Shown: in pieces, positions 10,566 through 19,561 of the stretch
Layout of the letters: each line of letters starts with the position of its first letter
Position numbering within the stretch: the stretch's first letter is position 1
Origin: Pseudobdellovibrionaceae bacterium
GTDB taxonomy: Bacteria; Bdellovibrionota; Bdellovibrionia; Bdellovibrionales; UBA1609
Length of the DNA stretch: 64,000 nt
Direction: 5' to 3'
Assembly: GCA_043720065.1 (NCBI GenBank)
Contig: JAYSTF010000113.1
Coordinates: forward strand, 675 to 64,674
Made by a program: the position numbers and the translations under genes
Notes under the pieces: model-generated
Seen by the model: only the letters and a program-made list of their open reading frames with translations
Databases searched by the model: none
What the model was told of the DNA's origin: nothing

Positions 10566-11564
10566 ATGAAATCAATGGGAAGCCGTCTCAGATTCGGCGC
10601 TAGCATCCTTGGGACTCTAATTCTGATTGTAGCTTTCAACAACTGTTCGGTCGGCGGTTCGCTCGAACCCAACTCCAATATGGTTGCAGGCATTACGCCA
10701 TCGCCCTCAACATCTGAGGTGCTTTCGAAGATCTCGACTTATGATTCCAATGGCGCGCTTCTTCGTTATCAAGTGCACGAGCGGACAGCCAGCGGCTTCG
10801 CCATAACCCTTTTCGATCAAGACGATCGAGTGACCATGAAGAACGAGTCCTTTAATGCGAACGGCTTGATTACAAGCCAAACTACGACCATCTATAGAAC
10901 AGACGGCAGCACCACTATCACGAAATACTTAAATACCTATAACAATGGCAAGATTGTCTCGCAGATGCAGGAAACCGACGGCGTAATAGTCAGTATGACG
11001 ACGTACAATTGGGATAAGCAGCAAATCAAAATCGAAACATTCTCTGCCGGGAGCGGCTTACTAGACTCAACCCGAACTACGACTTACAAATATTTTTTGC
11101 CAAACGATAGCCGTCCCGTGGTTGGCGGTATTATGAGTTTTTCTGTGGCCGATAACGCTGGCACCGTCACTCAAAGCGGCTCGTCCCAAATCGCAGAAAG
11201 CGGTGGGGGTAACTACACGTCTGTTGAAACGGTGAGTATTCCCAGTACTTCGCAGGTTAAGAAACTCACTACGACCGGGATCGTGACCAATATGAAATGT
11301 CTAAACAATACAGCTCCGGTCATAAATATTCTTTCGCACAAAACGGAGAATTTCGATAACGGAAGCAGCATCCCCTCTAGCACAAGTGGATATACCATTG
11401 AATACAACAGCTCGAATTCTCAGGTTTCTCACGTGCTCACTCAAGCAAGGGGTACAAAAACCTGCTTAACAAGGTATGATCCATCGGGTTGCATAGCCGC
11501 CGAACGAACGTGCTCTGAGAATGGGATAACGGAACGCATGGTGTATCAGTATGCAGCTCAATAA
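10566..11564 (+). CDS. Hypothetical lipoprotein with degenerate YD-like repeats
   Basis: ORF track frame. I prefer the internal ATG at 10566: MKSMGSRLRFGASILGTLILIVAFNNC (lipobox-like AFNNC). Recurrent YDxxG / NG-type motifs (TYDSNGALLRY, FNANGLITSQ, YNNGKIVSQ, YDPSGCIAAE). Confidence 0.7.
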   Translation: MKSMGSRLRFGASILGTLILIVAFNNCSVGGSLEPNSNMVAGITPSPSTSEVLSKISTYDSNGALLRYQVHERTASGFAITLFDQDDRVTMKNESFNANGLITSQTTTIYRTDGSTTITKYLNTYNNGKIVSQMQETDGVIVSMTTYNWDKQQIKIETFSAGSGLLDSTRTTTYKYFLPNDSRPVVGGIMSFSVADNAGTVTQSGSSQIAESGGGNYTSVETVSIPSTSQVKKLTTTGIVTNMKCLNNTAPVINILSHKTENFDNGSSIPSSTSGYTIEYNSSNSQVSHVLTQARGTKTCLTRYDPSGCIAAERTCSENGITERMVYQYAAQ

Positions 11565-11720
11565 AGGCGCAGTGGATGCACAACGGTCTTTTGGATAAGA
11601 GGTCGTTGACCTGTATATAACACTGGTTCTCCGACTTTAGATCATTCATGTTTGCTCGTTCTAGCAAACCCGATTAGAGCTCAGTATCCTAGTCCGGCGC
11701 AGGTGTCGCGCTGTGGTGGA

Positions 11721-11749
11721 GAAAAAGGCCCCTAGAAACACGGGGCCTC
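11721..11749 (-). terminator. Rho-independent terminator downstream of 11763..14006
   Basis: The minus strand reads GAGGCCCCGTGTTTCTAGGGGCCTTTTTC. It has a 7-8 bp GC stem followed by a T-run, ~15 nt after the stop codon. Confidence 0.7.
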
Positions 11750-11762
11750 GTCAGCTGAAACA

Positions 11763-14006
11763 TTACGGAGAAACTGTCGGGTTAATTGGCCGTGGGTAAA
11801 TCGCGACGCCTTTTGCGGGGGCGTTGTTCACGGGCAAAGCCAAGCGGCTAAGAGGTGAGCGAGGCGCATGCACGCGAGTGAACTTTCCTGGAATTTTAGT
11901 CGAAGTTAAAATTACTCGGTAATAAGCCAAACGTGTCGACTCAATCGTGTATTCAAGTTCTGTACCGGGTCCGGCAAGTTCTAAACCAAGTTGGAATGTG
12001 AATGGATTTTCCAACATTGCTCGGCCGAATTGGCTGTAGGACTTCGCGAAGGCTTGTTCATCTTTAGCGCGGCGGGCTTCGCGCATTTGTTCAAGCGCTA
12101 TGTTCATGTCCTCAGTTGCCATTGTAGTTCGGCTCACGATCGAGCTTGAGCAATACTCGAACGCACTCTCATGGCTTTGGTTGCGGCAGAGGTCATACTT
12201 GTCTTCAATGGTACTAAAATAGTTGCGCGCAAGATTTGTCGTTCGCTCAGAGAGTGTTTTAACAGTCATCGCATTGAGTTCCCCTAATAGGCGGTTCGTC
12301 TGCTCTTCTCCGAAAGTCATAGTAAGCGCTAGGCGGCCATAGCCGAGGTCCGACCCACGTGGAACGGCGACTTTGGTTTCATCCCGCAGTCCTGTTCGGC
12401 GAACCAACTCGGCTTGCGCACCCTCAAGATCACCGGGGCTTGCGTTGTCGTCTTCAGCGACGAATGTGTACTGACCGAAATAGCCCTCAGTTAAAGCGTT
12501 ATTGTTAGCATCCACTAAGTTGAATGAGGTGCCGTAAAACGTCTCAGTTTTGCTTACGTGCAGATTAAATAAGCGCGCTTTATTTGAACGCATGTAAATA
12601 CCGTAGTGAACATTAGCTTTGGTTCCACTAGCTAACATATTTGTCTGGCTGAATTCATAAGCGTCGCCCGAGGAATGAACGATGTTGGCGATAATAGGTA
12701 GGCCCAAAAAGAAGTAGTTTACGTAACCACGTTGGTTGCGCGTGAAAATGTCGAGCTTCTCAACGAACGCTCCAACGTCGGCTGCGGCTTGGGCAGCCGC
12801 CACGTTTCCATGTATCAAATCATGAAGCAGTTTCGCGCCTTCAGGTTTTGAAATATCGATCGCATAGGAAAATCCTGAAGCCTCTTCGTCATAGTCTGTG
12901 CGGCCGACAGAGATAAGCGTCGCACTTACAGCGTTAGTAACTCGTGTGACTTCAATGTCTTGAACTCGGACCGCAACAACAGTGTCAGACGCCTTTTCCA
13001 CATAAACTTGGAACACACCTTCAGCCACATAAGAGGAAGAAAATCCTACCCCTCCGTAGCCAAGAGCGCCGGAGAAGATTACGCCACCTTTGGTGGCGTA
13101 ATTTACGGCATCTCCCGTTTTCCACTTCGCCAAAATTTCTTCAGACGATGGCAATGCGCTTGATTGCGGCATTGCTTCCGCTTCCGCCAAAGTGTTCGCG
13201 TGACGAAGGAACCTAGCCTCTTTGCCTTTGATCGGAATAAGTCCAACGTTAGCCCATAATGATTTATGAACACCCGCCGCATTTTCATAATTAAAGAAAA
13301 CGCTCGCGCCGATTCCGACCTCTAGATTTGAGTAAAAGATGGTCTGGTAACCGTTTTTGCTGTCGCCCTTAATGAGCCTTTCGTTATTCTCGTCGTGCGG
13401 AGTGAGGTTCACAATCTGGAACGACCGATCGAAATCTAAGTAAAAGGCCGGACGCAGCCGAGCTTTAAGCTCGCGCGTCTGCGCTGCAACCGGAGTCGGC
13501 TCTTCAGCCGGAGGTTGTACGTTTCCACCGTTGTCATCTGAAGGCGGAGTTGTCGGAGGTGTCTCTGGAGGAGTTACGGGGGGAGTGACCGGGGGAGTAT
13601 TGTCATCCGATGGAGGAGTCGCAGGCGGAGTAGTTGGAGGCGCAGTCGGTGGAGTTACCGGCGGAGTAACTGGAGGAGTCACCGGTGGGGTGTTGTCATC
13701 CGACGGAGGTGTCACCGGTGGTGTTATGGGAGGCGTAACAGGAGGAGTAACTGGTGGCGTTGTCGGAGGTTTGTTGTCATCTGACGGTGGTGTCACGGGA
13801 GGAGTCACAGGTGGAGTTGTCGGCGGTGTTACTGGCGGTTTGCCCGGAGGCACATTGTCGTCGCTGCCGCCGGGAGGATTTGCGTTTCCATTCCCGCCCG
13901 TGTTGCCTTGGTTTCCCACCGAAGTTTTGAATTTAAGTTGAGAATGTGCTGGGGTTACCAGCAAAAGTGACATCGCGAATAAACTGACCTTAATAAACTG
14001 GATCAT
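11763..14006 (-). CDS. Secreted protein with an N-terminal Pro/Thr-rich repeat region, function unknown
   Basis: ORF track (747 aa). Signal-like MIQFIKVSLFAMSLLLVTPAHSQ. Residues ~44-172 are (PPxT)n blocks punctuated four times by SDDN. The remaining ~570 aa belong to no recognised family. Confidence 0.8.
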   Translation of the reverse strand: MIQFIKVSLFAMSLLLVTPAHSQLKFKTSVGNQGNTGGNGNANPPGGSDDNVPPGKPPVTPPTTPPVTPPVTPPSDDNKPPTTPPVTPPVTPPITPPVTPPSDDNTPPVTPPVTPPVTPPTAPPTTPPATPPSDDNTPPVTPPVTPPETPPTTPPSDDNGGNVQPPAEEPTPVAAQTRELKARLRPAFYLDFDRSFQIVNLTPHDENNERLIKGDSKNGYQTIFYSNLEVGIGASVFFNYENAAGVHKSLWANVGLIPIKGKEARFLRHANTLAEAEAMPQSSALPSSEEILAKWKTGDAVNYATKGGVIFSGALGYGGVGFSSSYVAEGVFQVYVEKASDTVVAVRVQDIEVTRVTNAVSATLISVGRTDYDEEASGFSYAIDISKPEGAKLLHDLIHGNVAAAQAAADVGAFVEKLDIFTRNQRGYVNYFFLGLPIIANIVHSSGDAYEFSQTNMLASGTKANVHYGIYMRSNKARLFNLHVSKTETFYGTSFNLVDANNNALTEGYFGQYTFVAEDDNASPGDLEGAQAELVRRTGLRDETKVAVPRGSDLGYGRLALTMTFGEEQTNRLLGELNAMTVKTLSERTTNLARNYFSTIEDKYDLCRNQSHESAFEYCSSSIVSRTTMATEDMNIALEQMREARRAKDEQAFAKSYSQFGRAMLENPFTFQLGLELAGPGTELEYTIESTRLAYYRVILTSTKIPGKFTRVHAPRSPLSRLALPVNNAPAKGVAIYPRPINPTVSP
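13491..13877 (-). repeat. Coding low-complexity repeat (PPVTPP...SDDN x4)
   Basis: Read from the translation. The mirrored GGVTGGV ORF on the plus strand (13531..13941) is its antisense artefact. Confidence 0.85.
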
Positions 14007-14112
14007 AAACCGGTCCCCCGAAAGCTAGCTCTTGTTTTTTAATTCTTGAGACAAGAGATAGCACAGGAGTTCCACGAGGTTGGAATATAGATTCTTCAAA
14101 AGCCCAAGAATA

Positions 14113-15078
14113 TTACCAGCCGAGGACGTAACTAAAGATCAGCGGTGCGACAATCGATGCGTCAGACTCTACGATGAATTTCTTAGATTTATCATCGAGC
14201 TTGCCCCAAGTGATTTTTTCATTGGGAACGGCGCCTGAGTAGCCGCCGTAGCTGGTTGTGGAGTCAGAGATTTGGCAGAAGTAGGACCATTTTGCGGTTT
14301 TGCGCTTTAGGTCCTGCTCCAGCATCGGCACTACGCAGATGGGGAAGTCGCCGGCGATGCCGCCGCCGATTTGGAAGAAGCCAATCCCTTGCGGATTTTC
14401 ATTCTTAGGATACCACTGGGATAGTTCCACCATATAGTCGATACCGGTCTTCACGGCGGTGCGCTTCACGTCACCTTCGATCACGTGACCGGCAAAGATA
14501 TTTCCTAAAGTGGAGTCTTCCCAACCCGGAACAAAGATCGGAAGATTTTTTTCCGCGGCCGCCACCATCCAGGAGTTTTTCGGATCAATTTGGTAGTACT
14601 TGGAAAGCAGACCCTCATTGATGAGTTGATAGAAATACTCATGTGGAAAAAATCCCGTATCCTTCTTGGATGCGCCTTCCCACTTCGCGAGGATTTGCTT
14701 CTCGATTCGGCGGATCGCTTGCTCTTCAGGGATGCAAGTATCAGTCACACGATTCAAATGACGATCAAGCAGTTTCATTTCCTCTGCGGGAGAAAGATCG
14801 CGGTAGTTTGGAATCCGAACATAATCTTCGTGCGCCACAAGATTAAAAATATCTTCTTCTAAATTCGCACCCGTGCAAGAGATCCCGTGAACTTTTCCCT
14901 GACGGATCATCTCGGCAAGCGAGAGGCCGATCTCAGCCGTGCTCATCGCGCCAGCAAGAGTAACGAGCATCTTTCCACCGGCTTCGACATGAGCCTTGTA
15001 ACCTTGAGCGGCGTCGACAAGAGCCGCGGCGTTAAAATGGCGATAATGATGGGTAATAAATTGGCTAACTGGTCCCAT
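14113..15078 (-). CDS. Deoxyhypusine synthase-like protein (possible homospermidine synthase-type polyamine enzyme)
   Basis: ORF track (321 aa). DHS-family-like sequence (LVTLAGAMSTAEIG, GISCTGANLEEDIF, FFQIGGGIAGDFPI). The start overlaps the speA stop by 1 nt. Confidence 0.75.
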   Translation of the reverse strand: MGPVSQFITHHYRHFNAAALVDAAQGYKAHVEAGGKMLVTLAGAMSTAEIGLSLAEMIRQGKVHGISCTGANLEEDIFNLVAHEDYVRIPNYRDLSPAEEMKLLDRHLNRVTDTCIPEEQAIRRIEKQILAKWEGASKKDTGFFPHEYFYQLINEGLLSKYYQIDPKNSWMVAAAEKNLPIFVPGWEDSTLGNIFAGHVIEGDVKRTAVKTGIDYMVELSQWYPKNENPQGIGFFQIGGGIAGDFPICVVPMLEQDLKRKTAKWSYFCQISDSTTSYGGYSGAVPNEKITWGKLDDKSKKFIVESDASIVAPLIFSYVLGW

Positions 15079-17045
15079 TATAAACTCTCCCGAAGATAAG
15101 TGTAAGCGTTCAACCCTTTTTCATAGAGCTCGAGGAGCAGGCGCGCCTCACTGCGTGAAATGCGTCCTGAGGTAATTCCTGTCTCAGATGCCTTACGAAT
15201 ACGTTCAAGCAATTCGCCTTTTTGGTATTCCACATAAGCCAACACATCGCGAACGGAGTCACCTTCCACAACGTGTTCAACATTGTAAGTGCCATGTTCG
15301 GTCAATGTAATGTGTACGGCATCGGTATCGCCGAAGAGGTTGTGCATATCGCCCAAAATCTCCTGATAAGCGCCGGCCAAAAATACACCGAGGTAGTAGC
15401 GCTGGTTTTTCTCGAGGTTGTGAACTTCCAAATACTTCTGCTCGCCACCGACGTCGGCATCGATGAAGCGCGACAAGTGGCCGTCAGAGTCGCAAGTCAA
15501 ATCCACAAGTGTCGCGCGGCGCTCAGGCTTTTCGTTTAAGCGATGAATTGGAATCACCGGGAAAACTTGGCCAAGAGCCCACGAGTCTGGAAGTGATTGG
15601 AATACAGAGAAGTTGCAGTAATAAGTGTCAGACAACTCTTGCTCAAGGGCATAGTAGATGTCTTCCGCTTCTTTGTTGTTCTTCGCCATGTCGAGCATCT
15701 TAGTCGCAATCGCCCAATACAGATCTTCGGCTTTTGCCCTTTGCTCTAAACTTAGCACTCCGTATGTGAATAACTGAAGAGTGTCGCGACGTTTTTCCAC
15801 TAAGTCGTTGTAGTACTCATTCATGTTCTGAAGAGTAAGTGTTTTATGAATATCCCAAAGGTCTTGAACAAGACGAGTGTCTTTGTCCATGTTCGGAATT
15901 TGTGGCTCATGAATCTTAACATCGTTGACGCCAAGAACATCGAACACCAACAGTGAGGCGTGGGCAACTAACGCCCGGCCTGATTCAGTAACGATGTAAG
16001 GATGCGGAACGCGCTTCTCATCGCAGATCGACTGTAACGTGGAAACGATATCGTTCGCGTATTCTTGTTCGCTATAGTTTGTAGAGCTATCGCTTTTACC
16101 TGAGCCATCATAGTCAATTCCAAGACCACCGCCGACGTCGATGTACTTCATCGTGGCGCCCATTGCGTAAAGCTCCGTGTATACTCGAGCACCTTCTTTG
16201 ATCGCCGCTTTGATCGACTGAATCGATGGCACCTGAGAGCCCACGTGGAAGTGCAATAGCTCGAGACAATCAAGCGCATTTTCAGCTTTCAAGAACTCAA
16301 TGCCACGAACTATTTCCGACGGTGTAAGGCCGAATTTTGATTTTGCACCCGCCGTCTCAGCCCAACGGCCGGCGGATGGCGTATTCAATTTTGTGCGGAA
16401 CCCGATCTTAGGTTTGATGTCGAGACGCTTTCCAGCTTCGATGATGTTCTTAAGTTCGCTGTAGCGATCGACGACGATAATTGTATTACGACCAATTTTT
16501 TGCGAGATCAGTGCCATCTCGATGTAATCTTCGTCCTTAAATCCGTTACAGATAATAAGCGCCCCGGGGGTATCCATCATCGCGAGACAAATCATCAATT
16601 CTGGTTTACTTCCAGCCTCAAGGCCCACCGCGTGGCTCTGACCGAATTCCACGATCTCTTCCACAAGATGACGTTGCTGATTTACCTTAATCGGATAAAC
16701 GCCGCAGAATTTTCCGTTGTATTTTGATTCTTCAATCGCACGGGCGAAGCAACGGTTTAAGAGATCAACGCGAGAGCGGACGATATCCGGAAAGCGTAGT
16801 AAGATCGGAACGCGGATTCCGCGTTCACGTAAGTCAGCGACTAAGTGGAACAAATCTAGCGCTGGTCCTTGCGGGCCGGCCGGAGTGACTTCCACATGGC
16901 CTTGCTCGTTGATGCGGAAATACTGGGTGCCCCAATAATTGATCCCGTAGAGCTCAGCACTCTTTTTCGAATTCCAATCTTCAGAGCTCGTATTTTTCAC
17001 CACGTCACCCTGACCCTTGTCAGCTTGCCTAACTAATTCCATCAA
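15078..17045 (-). CDS. speA: Biosynthetic arginine decarboxylase
   Basis: ORF track (655 aa). N-terminal YGINYWGTQYF, PLP-Lys context YPIKVNQQ, DVGGGLGIDYDG, and a length typical of SpeA. Confidence 0.9.
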   Translation of the reverse strand: MMELVRQADKGQGDVVKNTSSEDWNSKKSAELYGINYWGTQYFRINEQGHVEVTPAGPQGPALDLFHLVADLRERGIRVPILLRFPDIVRSRVDLLNRCFARAIEESKYNGKFCGVYPIKVNQQRHLVEEIVEFGQSHAVGLEAGSKPELMICLAMMDTPGALIICNGFKDEDYIEMALISQKIGRNTIIVVDRYSELKNIIEAGKRLDIKPKIGFRTKLNTPSAGRWAETAGAKSKFGLTPSEIVRGIEFLKAENALDCLELLHFHVGSQVPSIQSIKAAIKEGARVYTELYAMGATMKYIDVGGGLGIDYDGSGKSDSSTNYSEQEYANDIVSTLQSICDEKRVPHPYIVTESGRALVAHASLLVFDVLGVNDVKIHEPQIPNMDKDTRLVQDLWDIHKTLTLQNMNEYYNDLVEKRRDTLQLFTYGVLSLEQRAKAEDLYWAIATKMLDMAKNNKEAEDIYYALEQELSDTYYCNFSVFQSLPDSWALGQVFPVIPIHRLNEKPERRATLVDLTCDSDGHLSRFIDADVGGEQKYLEVHNLEKNQRYYLGVFLAGAYQEILGDMHNLFGDTDAVHITLTEHGTYNVEHVVEGDSVRDVLAYVEYQKGELLERIRKASETGITSGRISRSEARLLLELYEKGLNAYTYLRESL

Positions 17046-17046
17046 C

Positions 17047-19464
17047 CTACCCTTTTGCGATAAGATTCAAAATCTTTCCAGGTTTATAAATGACCTTCAA
17101 TGGTGGATTTCCACCTAACGCATTTTTCACGGCGGTTAGCTGCACCGCTGCCAGAAGCGCCGCGGCCTCGGGCGCGTCAGGCGCAAGGTCCACAGTCCCC
17201 CGAGTTTTTCCATTCACTTGGACAGCCATCGTCACTGTGTCATCAACAATGAGCCGAGGATCGTGAGTGGGCCAAGTAGCTAAAGATACAAAGCCTTTTT
17301 GTCCAAGGCGCTCCCAGATTTCTTCCGCCAAGTGAGGGGCAAAAGGCGCCATCAGCTGAACGAGCGGCAATAACGCTCGGCGCGAGCGCGAGCTGTGTTT
17401 GTACATCTCATTCACCAGAATCATCATGGTGCTAATGGCGGTGTTAAAGCTCATGGCTTCAATGTCGTCGCCCACCTTTTTGATGGTCTTATGGAGAAGC
17501 TTTTCAAGCTCAGGGGGCAAGGCTTCGTCGGTGGAATGATCGCCACCAGTTTCATCGACCACCATGCGCCAGGTGCGCTCGAGAAAGCGACGCACGCCCT
17601 CGATACCGGTTGACGACCAAGGCTTGTCCTTATCAAAGGGGCCAAGAAAAGAAATGTACATCCGAAGGCCATCGGCGCCGACTTCAGCCCGAACATCGTC
17701 AGGGCTTACCACGTTGCCTCTCGATTTCGACATGCGCTGACCGTCTGGGCCCATGATTGTCCCTTGATGGGCCAATTTTTTAAAAGGCTCATCGTGGGTC
17801 ACTAATCCCACGTCAAAAAGTACCTTTTGCCAGAACCTCGCATAGAGCAAGTGTCCAACCGTGTGCTCGGCACCCCCCACGTAAAGATCAACGGGCATCC
17901 AGTACTTCTGGGCGGCAAAGGAAAATGGTTCAGAGGAATTGTGTGGATCTGCGTAGCGCAAGAAATACCAAGAGGAACCCGCAGAGCCTGGCATGGTGTC
18001 AGTTTCCCGAGTTCCCGTCGCCCCTGACTTCGGGTTTTTGTATTGCACAAATTCTTTTACCCGCGCCAAAGGCGGCTCACCTTGCTCCGTCGGTTCATAA
18101 TCAGCGACCGGCGGAAGCATCACAGGAAGTTCATCGGCGGTCACACCCTCTGGGCCTTTTGCGGTGTGGACCACAGGAAATGGTTCGCCCCAGTAGCGCT
18201 GACGGCTGAAAAGCCAATCCCGGAGTTTGTAGGTGATTTGCTTTTCCCCGAGCTTGCGCTTTTCGATCTCCGTGATTGCTTTGGAAACCGCCGCGGCTTT
18301 GTTCAAACCATTTAAGAATTCAGAGTTGACCGCCACGCCGTCCCCTGAATAGGGAAGGTCTCCCTCGCTTTGCACTACGCGAGCTATGCCCAGACCAAAC
18401 TGCTTTGCGAATTCAAAATCGCGCTCGTCATGGCCCGGGACCGCCATGATCGCGCCCGTGCCATAGTCCATCAGAACGTAATCAGCGATCCAAACTGGAA
18501 TTCGGGCGCGGGGGTCTGTGGCCGGCAGCAATGGATTTAGAGCGAACCCACCCGTGAAGACGCCGGTTTTGTTCGTGTCCGCTTTGCGGTCGACTTCAAG
18601 TTTTTTAGAGGCCGCCTCTTGATAGGATTTTACCGCCGCCTTTTGCGCCGGAGTAGTAAGCTTGTCGACGAGCGGATGCTCAGGTGCCATTACCATGAAC
18701 GTGACGCCAAAAATCGTGTCAGGGCGAGTGGTGAAAACCTCAAGCGAATTTTTCCGGCCCTCAAGACCGAAAAGAATTCGGGCACCTTCGGATTTGCCGA
18801 TCCAATTGCGTTGCCCCTCTTTTGTCCGCTCGGGCCAATCGATTTTGTCGAGATCGCTCAGCAGACGTTCCGCATAGTCTGTGATTTTCAACATCCACTG
18901 CTTCATGGGTTTTCGCACCACGGGGTGGCCGCCGCGCTCGCTTTTGCCGTCGACGACTTCTTCGTTCGCTAAGACCGTCTTCAAAGCGGGGCACCAATTC
19001 ACGGGAACTTCTTTTTGGTAGGCGAGTCCCTTGTCAAAAAGTTTCAAAAAAACAAACTGGGTCCACTTGTAGTAATCAGGCTCACAAGTGGAAATCTCCC
19101 GGTTCCAATCAAAGCTGAAACCAAACGACTTAAGTGTTTTTCGAAAGCTCTCGATCGAATTCTTCGTCGTCTCCGCCGGATGAATGCCGGTTTGAATCGC
19201 ATATTGCTCGGCGGGAAGGCCAAAGGCATCGTATCCCATTGGGTGAAGGACGTTAAAACCCTTGGTTCTCTTGTACCGGGCAATAATGTCAGTCGGTGTG
19301 TAAGAGGCGATGTGGCCGATGTGAAGCCCCGCGCCTGACGGGTAGGGGAACATGTCCAAAGCATAGTACTTCGGACGGGAAGAATCCTCTGTGGCCGCAA
19401 AGCATTTTGCTTCGTCCCAACGGGCCTGCCATTTCTTGTCGATATCGGCGTGGACATATGTCAT
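17047..19464 (-). CDS. leuS: Leucine--tRNA ligase
   Basis: ORF track frame. I prefer the start at MTYVHADIDKKWQARW (ATG 19464). HIGH motif GLHIGHIASY and KMSKS motif RMSKSRGN. The stop lies 1 nt from the speA start. Confidence 0.95.
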   Translation of the reverse strand: MTYVHADIDKKWQARWDEAKCFAATEDSSRPKYYALDMFPYPSGAGLHIGHIASYTPTDIIARYKRTKGFNVLHPMGYDAFGLPAEQYAIQTGIHPAETTKNSIESFRKTLKSFGFSFDWNREISTCEPDYYKWTQFVFLKLFDKGLAYQKEVPVNWCPALKTVLANEEVVDGKSERGGHPVVRKPMKQWMLKITDYAERLLSDLDKIDWPERTKEGQRNWIGKSEGARILFGLEGRKNSLEVFTTRPDTIFGVTFMVMAPEHPLVDKLTTPAQKAAVKSYQEAASKKLEVDRKADTNKTGVFTGGFALNPLLPATDPRARIPVWIADYVLMDYGTGAIMAVPGHDERDFEFAKQFGLGIARVVQSEGDLPYSGDGVAVNSEFLNGLNKAAAVSKAITEIEKRKLGEKQITYKLRDWLFSRQRYWGEPFPVVHTAKGPEGVTADELPVMLPPVADYEPTEQGEPPLARVKEFVQYKNPKSGATGTRETDTMPGSAGSSWYFLRYADPHNSSEPFSFAAQKYWMPVDLYVGGAEHTVGHLLYARFWQKVLFDVGLVTHDEPFKKLAHQGTIMGPDGQRMSKSRGNVVSPDDVRAEVGADGLRMYISFLGPFDKDKPWSSTGIEGVRRFLERTWRMVVDETGGDHSTDEALPPELEKLLHKTIKKVGDDIEAMSFNTAISTMMILVNEMYKHSSRSRRALLPLVQLMAPFAPHLAEEIWERLGQKGFVSLATWPTHDPRLIVDDTVTMAVQVNGKTRGTVDLAPDAPEAAALLAAVQLTAVKNALGGNPPLKVIYKPGKILNLIAKG

Positions 19465-19561
19465 GAAGGAATTGGGGATATAGTAGTCGCCGCTTAGAGT
19501 CAACAGTCGATATATATGCAAAGCTTGAGCAGATTCCGAAATAAAGCTACAGCTCTCATCC

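Noticed and set aside
13531-13941. 136-aa plus-strand ORF made of GGVTGGV repeats
   Set aside because: It is the exact antisense reading of the (PPVT)n coding repeat of 11763..14006. Its low complexity and lack of an RBS mark it as a mirror artefact.
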